Shown here piece by piece: positions 39,988 through 53,889 of a DNA stretch of 64,000 nucleotides (position 1 is its first letter; each line of letters begins with the position of its first letter). Below the pieces are notes generated by a model. The model searched no databases and was not told where the DNA came from. It worked only from the letters and a program-made list of their open reading frames with translations. Position numbers and translations under genes: made by a program. Source of the stretch: Camelus dromedarius (lineage: Eukaryota); assembly GCF_036321535.1 (NCBI RefSeq), contig NC_087437.1:82896001-82960000 (forward strand), in the 5' to 3' direction.

Positions 39988-39999
39988 CATGACGTCATG
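39988..39999. promoter_or_regulatory. Perfect palindromic CRE (CATGACGTCATG)
   Basis: Full TGACGTCA within a 12-bp palindrome with its CpG intact, ~2 kb into the putative first intron. Confidence 0.3.
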
Positions 40000-41779
40000 A
40001 ATTTGGCCAGACACAGCACATCTAAGGGGCATGTCAAAGATGTAGAGAAGATAAAAGATAACTAATTGGTGAAAGTCTGAAGCTGTCAGAAGGAAAGACA
40101 AAGTTTGCAGAGCACCTGCTCAAGAAGGCCAGTCTGAGAGGTAAATTCTGATCAGGTGATATATAACCGAAGTGTGTGCAATTGTCTGGAATGGTGTAAG
40201 GCAGTGGTGAAGTGACCTTCCTGTGATCCATTCTAAGTCCCTTAACCTCGGGTAGTCTCAGTTTTTTTTAAACTATAAAATCACATTAAACATTCCTGTC
40301 TCATAGGGCTGTTGGGAAAACAGGATATGGGAACCCACGGGGAATCACAGTGGGTGCCACCTGAGTTTTGTGCATGCCTCACCTTGATAAGCATCACCTG
40401 GAAGGCATGTGAAACAAATCTCTGGTCCCCAATCTAGATGGAATCATAAATCCACAGAAGCCAGGTGGTAACCTGCATGGTTAGCAGATAATGCTTATCA
40501 GAGAAATATCGGAAATACGGTATTGTTTCACTTCTCTCCCAGGATATCCCACATGATATGGAACACAAAAACATCTCCAACAGAAGAAAAGAGCTGCCAC
40601 TAATTTCCGGAGGGAGAAAACAGGAAAATTGCAATTTCCACAAAAGACTGATTTTTTTTTTTAAATGGTATGTCTCTTAATGGCATTCTTCTGCCAGTAC
40701 TGTCTATTCTCTTCTGAGCCCACAGATCTGTACTGATTTGGGGGCATAAAAAATTATTTCCAACAAATCTACTGAAAAATAGTCAAAAAAGCAGTCTTGT
40801 TTTATTGCGCCATAATAAACATGGTACAATATGAGATGATGGTAAAAATATTGCTCAAGAGAAGCCCCATTAGGCAACCAGTGAAGACCTTCCCTCCCCC
40901 TCCACAATTAAGGACAGCTTTGGTAGCCGGAACAGGAAAATACAGTTTCTAGAAAAGTTCTCTCCTTATAAACCAGTTTCCATTATCTAAAGTGTCTCCC
41001 AGGTCAATAGGCTTATTCAGAGAGGACAAACTAGATAACAATCTAACGGTGGCTCTTTTGCAGATCTTGGTATTAAAAGCAGCTGTCGGTGAGACGAAAA
41101 GGAAGAGAAGGAAGGGAAAACAAATCCATTTACAAATGTCAGATCAGCATGCTTTCAAACGGAAAACAACCCGGTAGCCTGACCAGATCTTCTCACATGT
41201 TTAACAACTCCATGTAAAAAGAGAGTTCCATGGTCTGCAGCTGGGAGAGAAAGTTTGAAGACCAGAAAGGCAAATACCCAAACTAGCCTCGTAAAGGAGG
41301 CTCTCACACCTGAAGATTAGTGTGAACGTTGGTGTGAAAGGCCAGAGGGCGAGGAGTTTCTGGCAGAAATGTAGTTTCCTTAACTACCTACCTAATTACA
41401 GCTGGGACGGCATTCGTCTTACAGCAATGTGACTTTTTGATTCTAGAGTCTGCTGCTTATGTCGTTTCTAACATGCTGGCATTCAAGATGTCATTCTTAT
41501 CCCCACTTCCAAGCATCGTTTTAAAAAACATTATCTCTGAACAGCAGCTACTCTACGCCCGTCCCCAACCTCTCCCCCTCTTCTACTGAAGACCCCCCCC
41601 CCAAAATGTGCTTTGGGTTTGTTTTTAGTTTCTGAAAATCGCTTTTTATAGATATTCTAAGCCAAAATAACAGCACACAAGGGACTGGGATCTTGAGAGT
41701 TCTGGAACAATCAGCCTCAAAACCACAAGTTTCTTCTCCCCTTTCTTGAAAACTAACGGCAGCCCAGGCACTGCAATTT

Positions 41780-43050
41780 TCTCACCGCCGCCCTTTTCCC
41801 CCAAACCGCCTTGGGGCTGGTTTTGTTAGGTCCAGTTCCACCGTGGCGGGAAAAACGGTGCCTCGGAAGTTTTTGTAAGGTAAAAGAAGAGAACCTTCCA
41901 GACCTCTTACCCCTGCTAGCGTACAGACCCTTTTACAAGAAAACAATAGTGAGTGAGGAGCCCGCCACCCGCGTCGGCCTCTCCAGCGCCCGAACGCCTG
42001 GCGCCCCTCGCGTCCTTCCCCGGCGAGCATCGGGTTCCGAGCGCCCCAGTGCTCCACTGCGCCCCCGGTGCTCCCCACCCCGTAAACCCAGGGGTCACGG
42101 AGTTGCCCCCCGCAGCTCCCGGGGTCGGGAGGATGCGTGCAGAGGCAGTGAGCTCAGCGCGCCTCCCCCGCCCTTGACCCTGAGCCTCAGCGGCTGCACC
42201 GCCCGAGGGTCTCCCCGCACCCCCAACCTCCCTCCCCTCGGCGACGCAAACCCGCAGCCAAGAGGGCGGGGGAGTTACCCGCCGAGGCCCTGGCGTGAAG
42301 ACCGCAGGAGGGTGCCGGGTTCCGCGGCCGGGGGCCCGCCGCTCTCCGCTCTTCCGCCGCCCTTCGCTCCAGTCCACTGCTGCCTCTCCCGCGGCGCCTG
42401 CAGCATCGGGCCGCCGAAGCCCTCGGCCGGCGGAAACCGGAGGAAGGTGGCGCAGGCGGAATGCAGTCTCCTCGGACCTAGCGGGGCAGCCGGGAAGGGC
42501 TCAGCGCCGCCCGGAGTCCGCCGCGCCCGCCGCGCGCGGGTCCCGATTCCGGGCGAAAGCGCCGAGCGCCTCCGGAGCCGCGGGGAAGCTCCTCCTGCTC
42601 GGCGGCTGGCGGGGGCTGCGTGATGACCGCGGCCGCCCCCAAGTTCGCGGAGGAAGATGCAATGCGGCGGGAGGCAGTGGGGCTCTCCGTTCCCCGGGTA
42701 GCAGCCGAGCCCCTACCTTTCGGGCTGGGCGGACACCAGCCGCGCGCCCTCTCCGGGCGTCCCGGATAGGAAAATCACCACGAAGGGAGGGCCGGGGAAA
42801 AGCGGCGGGTGGCTTCGGGACAAGGTAGGAGGATCAAGTTCCCCAGCCAAGAAGACACTCCCATCCCGCCCTGGTTAGTTTGAGCTGCAGGGGCGAAAGT
42901 GAGGGGCGGCTCGGGTGCTTCGCCTCCCCGCCGGGCAGGCAGGCGGCAGAAGTAAACACTTTTGCTCTGCGCATCGGGGACTTCTGTGACTCGAGGCGGG
43001 GCAGGCGGTTTGGTCCTTAGTAGAAAGAGTAGGGGCTGTTCAGACACCGG
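41780..43050. promoter_or_regulatory. ST3GAL6: CpG island: probable main ST3GAL6 promoter and non-coding first exon(s), possibly bidirectional
   Basis: Only strongly GC- and CpG-rich segment in an AT-rich window. GC boxes at ~42262 and ~42903, ETS-like GGAAGT at ~41864 and ~43163. Minus-strand donors: AAG|gtaggg (~42716), CGG|gtaact (~42278), GGG|gtaaga (41910), GCG|gtgaga (41785). The ~35 kb distance to the ATG exon resembles the human arrangement as I recall it. Confidence 0.85.
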
Positions 43051-46000
43051 AATTCCTGGGCTCTGCCCTTCAAGGACTAACGTGTTAGGGCTTTTCATCT
43101 TTTGGAGGAGAAGTTACTGTAGGGAGAAGAACGAAGGTGAGACATGCATTTCCTTTTCTTCAGGAAGTGGGTCTCCCTTGAGAAAAGCGTGTATTAAAAA
43201 TGTCTTCATACTTGGATGGCTGTGAATACTTTTTAAATTTCAGTGTTTGTGAAATAATTCATTGTCTAACAGCATTAATAACTCCAGACTTTGGCACTAA
43301 GCACCATGATCGCGTGCCATCAGATGACCCTGGGGAGAAGAGCCACAGACCTGGGTACTGTTCAAAGTGAGCAGCGGGTCGAGCACTAAGGAAGTCCTCT
43401 ATCTGTGAAGACTTGCTGATATTTGCATTAATTTTAACAACAGCCCTAGGAGGCAGCACTTGTTATTCTCCCAGTTCTACTAATCAGAAAACCCAGAGGG
43501 TTCAGAAAATTCTTGTCCGTTTCTACAAATTGCCTTTGAAGTAACCCACACGAATTTTGTAATTTTAAAGGTGATTGCTGAGACATCAGAGTAGTGAAAG
43601 ATGTTCCCGGTATTTGTCCATCTAGGCCCATTTTTCTTGAGGTTACTCTGCCCTTTTAGGTTTTCTGGAGTTTCTTCTTACCCTTCTCTTGTTCACATTC
43701 TTCAGAATTAAAGTAGTGTTAAATCTCCTCCACCCTGGCTTCCCTAGGATTTTTAGATCTGCAAAGTTATGTGTTAAGGGGAGAGGCCATCTGCTGTTCC
43801 TAGGTGACATTTGTGCTTCTTATTCAGTAGTGGCCAAAAAAGGCACTGTCCACCGAAGCCTACTTCAAAGTCCACCTCCTCCACTGGCCTGCTTTGTGAC
43901 CTTGAGCAAGTGACTCAGTGTACTTCCTTTTGGTCACCTTGAAAGTGAGATAATACAACCTATTTTCAGAGATTGTTAGGAGGGTTAGAAGAGACAATGA
44001 CATAAAGAATTCTTGGCACAGTGCTTATCACAAAAACCATCAATTCAGGAAGTAAGAATATGAACTACCAGTCACTGTCCACCATGAGTCAGCTACCCTC
44101 CATATGTCATATCTGTTCTTCGTATTTATCCTGTGAGCCAGAGTAATCTCATCCTAGGAATTACAAAATGGAGTCAGGAGGTTAAGTAATGCTCCCAAAG
44201 TCATACAAGATCTATTTTTGAACTGTGATTCAAATGAATGTGCCTGGAACCAAAACCAGTTTTCTTCCCAGGAACTTACCAGTATGTAACTATCTGGGGC
44301 AGGGGCTTTTGACCTGTGAAACGTTATTAAAAAAAAAAAAACAAACAACACAGGATACATTATTGCATGGACACATGATCGCAACTATGTAAAAGTTTTG
44401 AATTCTTGTAGAAGGTGATAAAGAATTAAACAGGGTGGTAGGTTTATAAATTTGTAGACCTCTCTGGGATAGTGATTTTGGTAATTTGACCAGTGGTGGG
44501 GGCGGGGGATGTTTTCACAATGTAAATATATTTAACTCAGCTTTTGTGTAGATTCATTCTAATGAGGTGGGAGAGGAAGGGCCAGGAAGTAGGAGAGGGC
44601 TATTGGAACATGCAGGGTCCTTTAAAGGCCCCTGAAAACATAATATTTAGGCAGTGTACATATAGGACTGGCTCTGTTTGCTAGGTTTGTTTTTTTGATT
44701 ATGGATGGTGCAATCTCTTTGAATTAGAATGACATTTTTCATGGGCTGTGTCCTCTGTGTATGCAGGGACAGGTGAGAGTCAGGCTCTCCACACTACCCT
44801 GGGGTGCCATTCAGCACCCATAGGCTCATAGTCTAGAGTAAGGTTAAAGAAAGTAGTATTTCTTACTCATCCCAGTGTAGGGCTTGCCTTCCCATTCTCA
44901 TGCCCTGTCACAAGTACAAGCTTTCTTGGCATGATAGATGTAGGACTGTCTACAGCATGCAGAGGAGACCTCCTTGTAGGGGCATGCTCTCAGCAGGTCA
45001 CATCAGATCACAGTAGATGAACTGCAGGACTGGAGACACCTTCAAGGTGATGAGAGGCCACTTTCACACAATATCCCCTTATAAGTTACTAATAAAAAGG
45101 AGTTTACTTAACATTCTCAAGGCTTAGGTTGTTCAGTTTTAAACAATATCTGGCTCAAGACTTAGCTTTACCAAGCTAATCCTTTTTGCACACAGTCCTT
45201 CCTCCATCTCTGGGAAAGATCCTGCCAGCCCCAGCTTCTAGCTGTCTTGGGGTTTCATCTCCTGTTAGCAATTGTTTAAAGTACATGTGCCTCTCAAAAA
45301 TAATAAGCCAGTATGTAAGGAGTCTAAATCCTGACATAGAGCTATGACTCTGCCTACAGTGTGGAGAAACGTTCTTCTAAGCAGAACCCTAACTTCTCCA
45401 ATGTCTCCAGTTTAGAGCAGTCTCTGATTATATATTTGCACATGTAAATAACCACTGTGTTGATTTCTCCAGTATTGTGAGAGAGAATAAAGAAGGAATT
45501 CAGGTCTACCAGAAAGCTTATTTGCCGTTTAGTAAAAAGGAGTCTCTCTTTATTCTATTAGTCCTGTTGAGGTTTCAGAAGTCTTAGTGTCCCAGTAGTT
45601 CTCAGGAACTGCTTTTACTCTCCTTCCACAAGCTGGAAGGTGAGGGGAGGTGGGAGGGTGGAGCTGGGATTCAGCGTGTTCTAAGCACATGAACATGTGA
45701 AATACCTCGATGGTAGAAGCCATAATTCAGACAACTGATGGAAAACAACTGCAATATTATTTAGAAGGGTTAATATGCAGAATATTTAAAGAATTCCTAT
45801 ATATATAAAAAAAGACAACCCTTTTAAAAATAGGACACAGGCCAGAAGCAAGCAATTTACAGAAGAAATACAAATAGTTCACAAACATGTGCAAAAATTT
45901 TAGTGTCTTTTTAATCATCACATTGTGTAAGGAAATGGAGACAACAAGGAGAAATCAGATTGGCAAAAACTAAAAAGATTAATGAGATTAGTGAGTTTCC

Positions 46001-46651
46001 ATCAAAGGTGACAAGGAAACTGCAAGGAAGTGTAAAGAACTTTCTTTTTTGAAGGCAATTTGGTGATTGTTATCAAATGTAAAAGGTTGTGTTGGATTTG
46101 AATTTCAAAACCCTAATTAAAGTTCCTTAACTTTCCTCCCCCAAAGACAGTTTGGTCCCCAGCCAAGTGACCTAGGAGAGAGGACCTGGAGGGAAAGGAC
46201 TGAGATTCTAAGCTGACTCCTCATTACCCCGTGAACAAAGAGGGCAGCCCTTCTGGTTGCTGCACAGACAGAAGGACGCCCCCTGGAGTTTAAGGGGGCT
46301 GTCTGCAAAACTGCTGCATCCCAAGCCGCTTGCTCAGAACTCTCATTCAATCCTGAGATGTGCTAGAAGCCTTGGACCACTGCCCCGGCTGCCATGCCCC
46401 ATCTCAGGAGAGGAGGGAGATGTCCCCGCCTCCCCTTCTATCTGTGGAGATGCTCTCCTAACTTCTAGTCCCGTGACTGATCATTCTGTCAGAATATGCA
46501 GGTAACAGTACTCACTTAGCCCATTAATTTTACTTAACAGTTTTAGCTAACACCTTTCTCTCATCTTAGCTGGTTACAGAGCTGACCTTATGCTATTTCA
46601 CGTCATGAGAGTGTTGTTCTAAGATGGATAAAGTGGAATTGTGGGCATAGG

Positions 46652-47336
46652 TGAGATAGGAGGGAAGGGAGCATTTAAAGGAATGACACAGCAGTTAACA
46701 CCAAGATGGTGAAAGATTCAACTCCCAGTAGACCTTGAGGCCCAAGACGGCAGGAGATTTGACTTTCAGGAGACCCTTGTTGTAATATACCCTTGTTGTA
46801 CCCTTGTTGTAATATATATATATATATATTATACATACTATATACATACTAAATGGCACTTGCCCAGGTGCCATGACACCTCCCAGGCTGGCCATAGAAG
46901 GTCCAAAAGTAGGTGGTGGCCCAGTTCCTGGGAATCCCAGCCCCTCCCCCAAAGTAGTTGGAATAGTCCTCTCACTTGTTAGCTTATGAATTAACTGAGC
47001 TCATATAAACTAACAACCCCCGCACCTCATGGCCAAGGCTGCTCTCCCTTCTAAGTGAGATGGCCTGCACTCTGTCTATGGAGTGTGTGCCTACTTTTAC
47101 TTTAAACTAAATACCCACCCCCATGCCTCTTGGCCTTTCTAGCCTTCTGGGATAAACTAAACTCAGTCAATGGAGTTTGCATCTCTCTGAATAAATCAAC
47201 TTTTACTCAAGTACACCTTGCTCTAGAATTCTTTCCTGTGCAAAGCCAAGGCCCCTCACTTGGCAGGGCATGTCCCAGGCACTCACCTGAGACCTGGGAC
47301 ACGGCCATCCTCTCACACCCCATTTTTCCTGTACCA
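46652..47336 (+). mobile_element. Solo LTR of a second ERV1-like family (685 bp)
   Basis: TG...CA termini, perfect 4-bp TSD tagg (46648-46651 / 47337-47340), TATA-like catataaa and AATAAA at ~47190. Contains internal cccttgttgta repeats and a (TA)n. Confidence 0.85.
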
Positions 47337-48539
47337 TAGGATATGTGAACCTGTACTCAAATAATTTACTGCTTTATATTTCATGTTCAGAAATGCATGC
47401 TTAAAAAAAAACTATGCTCCACTGGATTCCTGAAGCACAGTGCAAAGTGGAGTCATTACAGTGGGCTGAGAGTGGCACAAAGGCTTCTCTGCAGTTCCAA
47501 ACTCCAGTCTGCTGTAAATGCGTGTATCGTTCAAACCAGCAATTCCATTTTCTAGGACTCCATCCTGTAGAAATAATTATGTAGAAACCCAAGAATGTGT
47601 ATAGGGATGGTCACAGCAGCATTGTTTGTAATGTTTAAAAACAGGAAAATAATGCCCACAAAGAGAAGGTGACTAATTAGATTATGGTATATCCTAGTAA
47701 AGAATGAGCTATTGCAAAGCTATGATAAATGTGCACATACATGCACTAATGTGATGGCAGCTACAGTATATTGGCTTTAGAAGTTCTACATCCAGAAAGC
47801 ACATTCTGTGTGTGTGATTCATTTATATTAAGCAGAAGAGTAAAGGACTAATGATATGTGTGTGTATATATTTGTGAATGTGAGAAAAGTTCTGAAGGCT
47901 ACATACCAAAATGTTGACAGAGATTTCTTCTAGAATTATAAAGCAAAGAGGGGAAGGGAGGGAGGGCTTTTGCTGTTTACTCTAAATGTTTTTAGTAAAG
48001 TGGCTTTTCCCAAATAAACTCACTTTTTTGCTGGTAAAATAACTGGCTATTACATTATTAAAGCTGACAACTCAAGTGTGACCTCCTATTTATTATACCC
48101 CTGCTAGGTGCTAGGTGATTTTATAGATTGTATTTTTTATTATACACAGCAACACTGTGAGCTAAATATCACTATTTCCATTTTTCAGATGCAGAATTGA
48201 AAACTCAGAGAAATTACATAATTTGCCCAAGGGCCCAGAAATAATATGTATCAAATTTAGGATGTGAACCCAGATTAAACGCTTCACACCCATGACATCG
48301 TGCCTTTCTAGTCAAGAGATGAAGGACATGGGAAAATTAATAGCTATTTATGCTAGAGTGTGATATTTTGGGAAAACACAACCATGGTTAATTGTGTAAA
48401 GGCAGAATTAGCCTTTTGCACGTGGGTATCAAGATGTTAACTTACGTGGAATTGCAGTCATTTCCAGTTCCCATTGTTCTTGCTCCAGTTCCCCCAAACC
48501 AGAATGTTTTCTCCAGGGTTACATAGAAGGTAAATTACT

Positions 48540-48579
48540 CTGACTATAACTCAATTAAAAAAAAAAAAAAAAAGAAAGA
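48540..48579 (+). mobile_element. Extremely truncated L1 tail plus poly(A)
   Basis: tgactataactcaatt(A)n between perfect TSDs aaggtaaattact (48527-48539 / 48580-48592). Confidence 0.8.
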
Positions 48580-50438
48580 AAGGTAAATTACTGAAACCTT
48601 TCTTCAGATCCCTAGTCATAATCCCTCCTGGCTGAGTCTGCCCTCTTTCACACCTGAACTCCCTTGGGGAGACATCCCATTTTAAAGGTAATTATAGTAG
48701 CAGAAGTAGTGGCATCAGAGTAGTTGTAATGGCATCGGGACCATCACACAGAAAACATGCTCAGCAGCTTCTCAGGAGCAGACAAATCCATTACTTCAGT
48801 TCTTTATTTCCATCCCTTGCTGGGAACAGTTTATTACACTACAGGACATTAAGAATACAAGGGAGCCAGTATTGGTAATAAAGACTTATAGATACAAGAA
48901 CCACTTATGAACAACTGAAGTAGAAGTAAAATGAAGGCTTAAAACTAACTGTTTCCCCGTGATTTAAGAGAGTACTCTGTTTTACTACAGTTTTTGTTTT
49001 TACTGTATCTTCTTATAAACTTTTTAATTTTGTATATGTGTGTTCAGATTGCCATATTGGCAACTTTTTTTTTCAAATCCTGCTCATGGCTGTTAATTAT
49101 TACCAGCATATTAACCACATGGTGATATACTGGTCATCCAAACAGCTATCTGCAGTGCCTCAAAAGTGACAAATATTGATAAATATTGATAAATCTTCAT
49201 CAGTTTAATATTACTCTACAGAATTGAAGGATTCTGAATCCCTGTCTAAGGGTTAGAAAGAGGCACACATAATTTTGATTTTGCTTGGAGAGAGAGATGG
49301 GAGTAGAGAGGATTTAATTGTATGCCTCTGTGCGAATCATGATAAATTAATGCATTTTAACCAAGCCAAACAGATCCTAGACTTCGGATCCACCAAATTT
49401 TGTATAACTGATACAAGTTTTACTGTCTATAGATTAAAAAGCTGAATACCATCGAATCTTCCTGGGCCCTTTAGCACTGAGTCCTGCCACTGAGAATTTC
49501 TCAGACAAAATTCTAACCCACAGGCTGGAAAACCATAAAAATCCAGTGATAAATATCTGGAAGTTGTCTCTAAATTGTACCTAACTCCAAGGTGCATTCA
49601 TAAGTTCCTTTGTACATTGCTTCAGAAAATGTGCATTTCCTTGCAGTTCAGTCTCCCCTCGTTCCCTGCCACACTTATTCTATATCTGAGATCTCTCGGG
49701 GATCCACTCATGACTTTCACAGAGGGGCTTGGCAGTCTTCAATTTCCAGTTCTGACTACTTCTTAATTTTCAGTCTTGTACCTCCAACTGCTTGCTGAGC
49801 ATCCTGTTCAACATGTATTTATCATTACCCACTGTATGCAAAGTACTTTACAAAAAGCAGAGTCAACAAATAGAAAACCGAATGTTTTAGTCCTTTACAC
49901 CAACCAGACTTTTCTCTTAACTGACTCGTCACTGATGATACTTTTCTCCCACCTTCACACTTGAAACCTTAGAGTCATCCTTGACCTCTCCTCCTTTCCC
50001 TTCGTCTTACTTGAACTTCTATCCTTCATGTCATTAACACACTCCACATTCAGTCATCAAACATATACTTATTAAGTGCTTGCTATACGCCAGGCACTGT
50101 TCTAGGTGCTGGGAATATAGCTTGCTAGTGAGGAAACAGACAAAAATCCTCACTCTCCTGGAGCTGACATTCTAATAATTAACAGTGTCCTGAAAGAGCC
50201 TTCAGACATCATCACCTCCATTTCACCTGTGCTTCCCTCCCACCTAGTGTTTATTTCTCTCTCCCCAGGCCTAGATTCCCGCAGTCACCTCATCAGAGGT
50301 CACATCACCTAGAGCAGCTCTCTGTACGACAATAACCTAGGGACCCACAACTCAGTGTTTCACCTCCCAGTCTGGGGCAGATCTCCCAGACTTCATGTAG
50401 GCTCCTTTTCCCTGACTCCCTGCCTCCCCAACTCTCCC

Positions 50439-50459
50439 TCCCCCCCCCCCCCCCCCCCC
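50439..50459. repeat. Poly(C) homopolymer (~20 nt)
   Basis: Directly visible. The length may be unreliable in an assembly. Confidence 0.9.
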
Positions 50460-53353
50460 GCGCAACCGACCAAATGGAAAACAATAGTGGACTCCACCTT
50501 CTCTGCCTCTATCACTCTTCCCTTTTGAAAACATACTTGAGTTGTCTTCTAGGGATCTGGTAACTTTTTTTTTTTTTAACCCTTTATCAGAGAAGTCACT
50601 GAGCAACAGAACCTCAAAGCTTGGTTACCCTCTAGAGATGGAGGGATAAATCTTTACAGCAGGGATACGTGGGGGGACATAAAGAGGTTTAAGACAAATT
50701 CTTATTAACAGTCATCTAACAACACAAGGCAGAACATGGCAGCCCCAAATGCATAAAGCCCTAAACAGGCATGAGAGGTGGGTGAAGGAGAAGGAAATTA
50801 ACATTCATGGAACCCTAAGGAGGGACTTGACATTCCTGATCACATTTAATAGTAACAACCCTGAGAGTTAAATATTATTGAGATTGTATGAAGAGAACTA
50901 AAACAGGAACAAAACAAGATTCAAACCTAGGTCTGAGTGGGTCCAGATGCCTGGCACATACATTCATTTGGCAGAGGAAGAAGGATCTAATACCTTTGCC
51001 CAGCAACCCCTCAACAGACTCTGACACATACAGAAAAAAACTAACTGAAGCAAACAGATGTAACTTAATTTCCCAGCTTTTGGATTGTGATCAAAGAGTG
51101 ATCCATTTATTTATGTCTTTTTAAAAAATTTTTTCAAACTAAACATCAGGTTTTCCATTTCATCATCATTTCTATTTTCCCATAGTCAAATGATTCTCTT
51201 CTTACTATCTTTAAAAATAAAGATCCATCCAGGAGTGACCTAACAAGTAAAAACAGAGTCTGATGCAATGTTCTGTGGGCCTCTTCAGTTCTTCTCTTTA
51301 CAAATGTTATTTCACAATGAATTAAATAAATACTTGCTTTTGGAATTGAGTAGCCTTTCTCAAACTGAGTTCTGAGTATGGAAGATCTGAGTTTCAAAAA
51401 TACAGGATTCCTAGGCAAATAAGATTGAGTTCCAACCCCACCTCTAAGCCACACACAATACATGTTATCATATTAAAGGATCAGATAAAAACAACAACAA
51501 TGAACGGTGTTTAACTTTGCTGAGTGGTCGAACAAATTTAAAACCAGCTCATCTTATTTGGGGGAAAGATGATTTTCTTCAGTTTCTATTGCAATCTACT
51601 CCTCTCTCTATCCCCCCAAACCAGTTAAAACAAGAGACAGAATTGCTGTGGATTTGATTTTCTGTATATCCAGTTAGAAAACTGAGGTCTGGGATCTTTT
51701 CATGAAATCAATCATGAATATAAAAGTTTGGACATGAATGTCACTTACTTCTTAAGAAATATACTTAGTAAAAAAAAATTGCATGGCAAACTTGCAGTGA
51801 CAGATTTAATGTAAAGTTTCTCCCTGTTATTTTGGAACCACGCAATTATCAGTTTTTGTTAATATTTGATTACTTAATATGATTAGTCTTTTTTTTTTAA
51901 TAGTATCTGTTTTGGTTCAGATATAATAAAATGGGTTCTGGTCAAAATTCAGGTTAATTTCTGAAATATTTTTCTATCTTTTCATTAGCTGGCTTTTCCT
52001 CATCTCTACAGAAGTACCTTGTGCAATCTAAATGCTTTAATGTCAATTATTTTTTGCAGTCATAATCTTAGTGCAACAGAAATTCCTTTGGCACAAATCC
52101 ATGTCTACTTATTTCTAACAAAACTTTATAGGACATCATGATGTGAATTGATCATGTTAATAGTGGGAATGGAATTGGATAGACACATCATGATTTCATT
52201 GATTTATTCATTTATATGTTTATTGAGAACCTACTATATGCCCAGCACAGGGGCATTCAAGGCTAGATATACATACAGAATTCCAGACAATGGAGTTTCT
52301 GTCTTGAGAAAACAGGCATTCAGACTACAGATACTTACTGAGAGTCTGTATGTGTCATGTATTGGCTAAGCTCAGAGGAAACAGTGGTGAACAGACAGAT
52401 TTTCCACTTTGATGATATTTACAGATGAACAGACATGTAGACAACCACTATATAGCAGGGTATTGTAAGTGTTAGACATAAATGGAAACAACTAACTTCC
52501 TGGAAGCATTTGGAAAAATGATATTTGTAATTTGTTTTGTGCAGAAAATAATCTTCCTTGTTAATTTTTTCTTAAAGATTTTCCTTTTTTCTAGTGTTAT
52601 ACTTGCTTAAAATAAGACATGCATGTGAGTTTGCCAGAAGAAAATCTTACCCAAGGATTTTTAGCTACTGAGATATGAATGACTTTTCCGAAAAGGTCTT
52701 TAGAAGTATAACACTCTGACCTCAGTCACCCAGCATAGCTCCAGGCTCTAATTATTCCTCCAGAGTACTGGCCCCACCCCAGGGTTTCTAATTCTGTAGG
52801 ACCAGAGTGTGGCCTGAGAATTTTTATTTCTAACAGGCTCTCAGAGTTGCTGATGCTGCCTGTCCAGGGACCACACTTTAACAAGCATGGCTTAGGGAAT
52901 TAAATATACCAGCTTCCCAAGTTAAAGTCATTATTAAAGGACTGTGAGATAGATGATCTCTGTTTCATAGGAGGAATAACAAGGCATAGGTTATTAGTAA
53001 AATACAAATTTAAATAGGTAGGCAAAACAAAATAATAAATATTTTATATTCTAAATGCAAGGGTCTATTAACTTGAAGTCAGAAATCTCCTTCTATCACT
53101 GATTGTCATGATTCAAAATACCTGAAAGTTGAGATCCTTAATGATTTAATTTGAAATGACTCTTCACCTCCCATCAGCAGATGTTTTAGAAATTTAGATT
53201 AAAAAAAAATTCTGACTACATCCAAACGGATAGTATATTGTTAGATTTTGTGATGAGAATGCAGCCCTGAGGATGTGAGGAATTTGTTATTTCTTGTGAA
53301 TGGGCCTTTTGGGAAACAAACTTCTAAGGCAGCATCAATGAGAACAAAAAGGT

Positions 53354-53492
53354 AGGAGTTATATAGCTCAGTGGTAGAGCACATGCTTAGCATGCACTGA
53401 GGTCCTGGCTTCAACCCTCAGCACCTCCATGAAAAAAAAAAAATATATATATATATATATATTTTTATATATATATATATACATATATATAT
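53354..53492 (+). mobile_element. tRNA-derived SINE (Vic-1 type) with a (TA)n microsatellite tail
   Basis: tatagctcagtggtagagcacatgcttagcatgca head, then A-run and (TA)n. Confidence 0.85.
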
Positions 53493-53723
53493 AATGAAAG
53501 CAAACAAGAGGCACTAGGATAGTAGTGACAATTCAGAAGGTCTGGGCAACACGGGACAAATGCTAACTAAGAGGCTTTAAAAAAATGAAAACAGAGAATC
53601 TGTATCTTTAGATTAATCTGCCTGCAGTCTGAAAACTCAATGTTCCTAATATCAAGAGGACTTCACTACTAGGCTGTTATTAATAGAAACATGGAAAACC
53701 ACATGAAAAAAATTACCTATGTG

Positions 53724-53808
53724 GTGGGTGGGAAATAGGTCAGTGGTACAGCGCATGCTTAGCATGCATGAGGTCCTGGGTTGAGTCCCCAGTTTAAATA
53801 TTAAAAAA
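53724..53808 (+). mobile_element. tRNA-derived SINE (Vic-1 type), degenerate
   Basis: cagtggtacagcgcatgcttagcatgcatgaggtcctgggttgagtcccc. Confidence 0.8.
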
Positions 53809-53889
53809 CTGGTATCAAACAGCATATAGCCCAAGAATGGGCTGGTCATTGAAGATAATAAAAATAGCTATTTTAAAAAAAACCTATGC

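Noticed and set aside
41811..42828. Long ORFs (270, 177 and 153 aa) in the CpG island
   Set aside because: Arg/Pro/Gly/Ala-rich frames open on both strands because GC-rich DNA has few stop codons. No recognisable domain.
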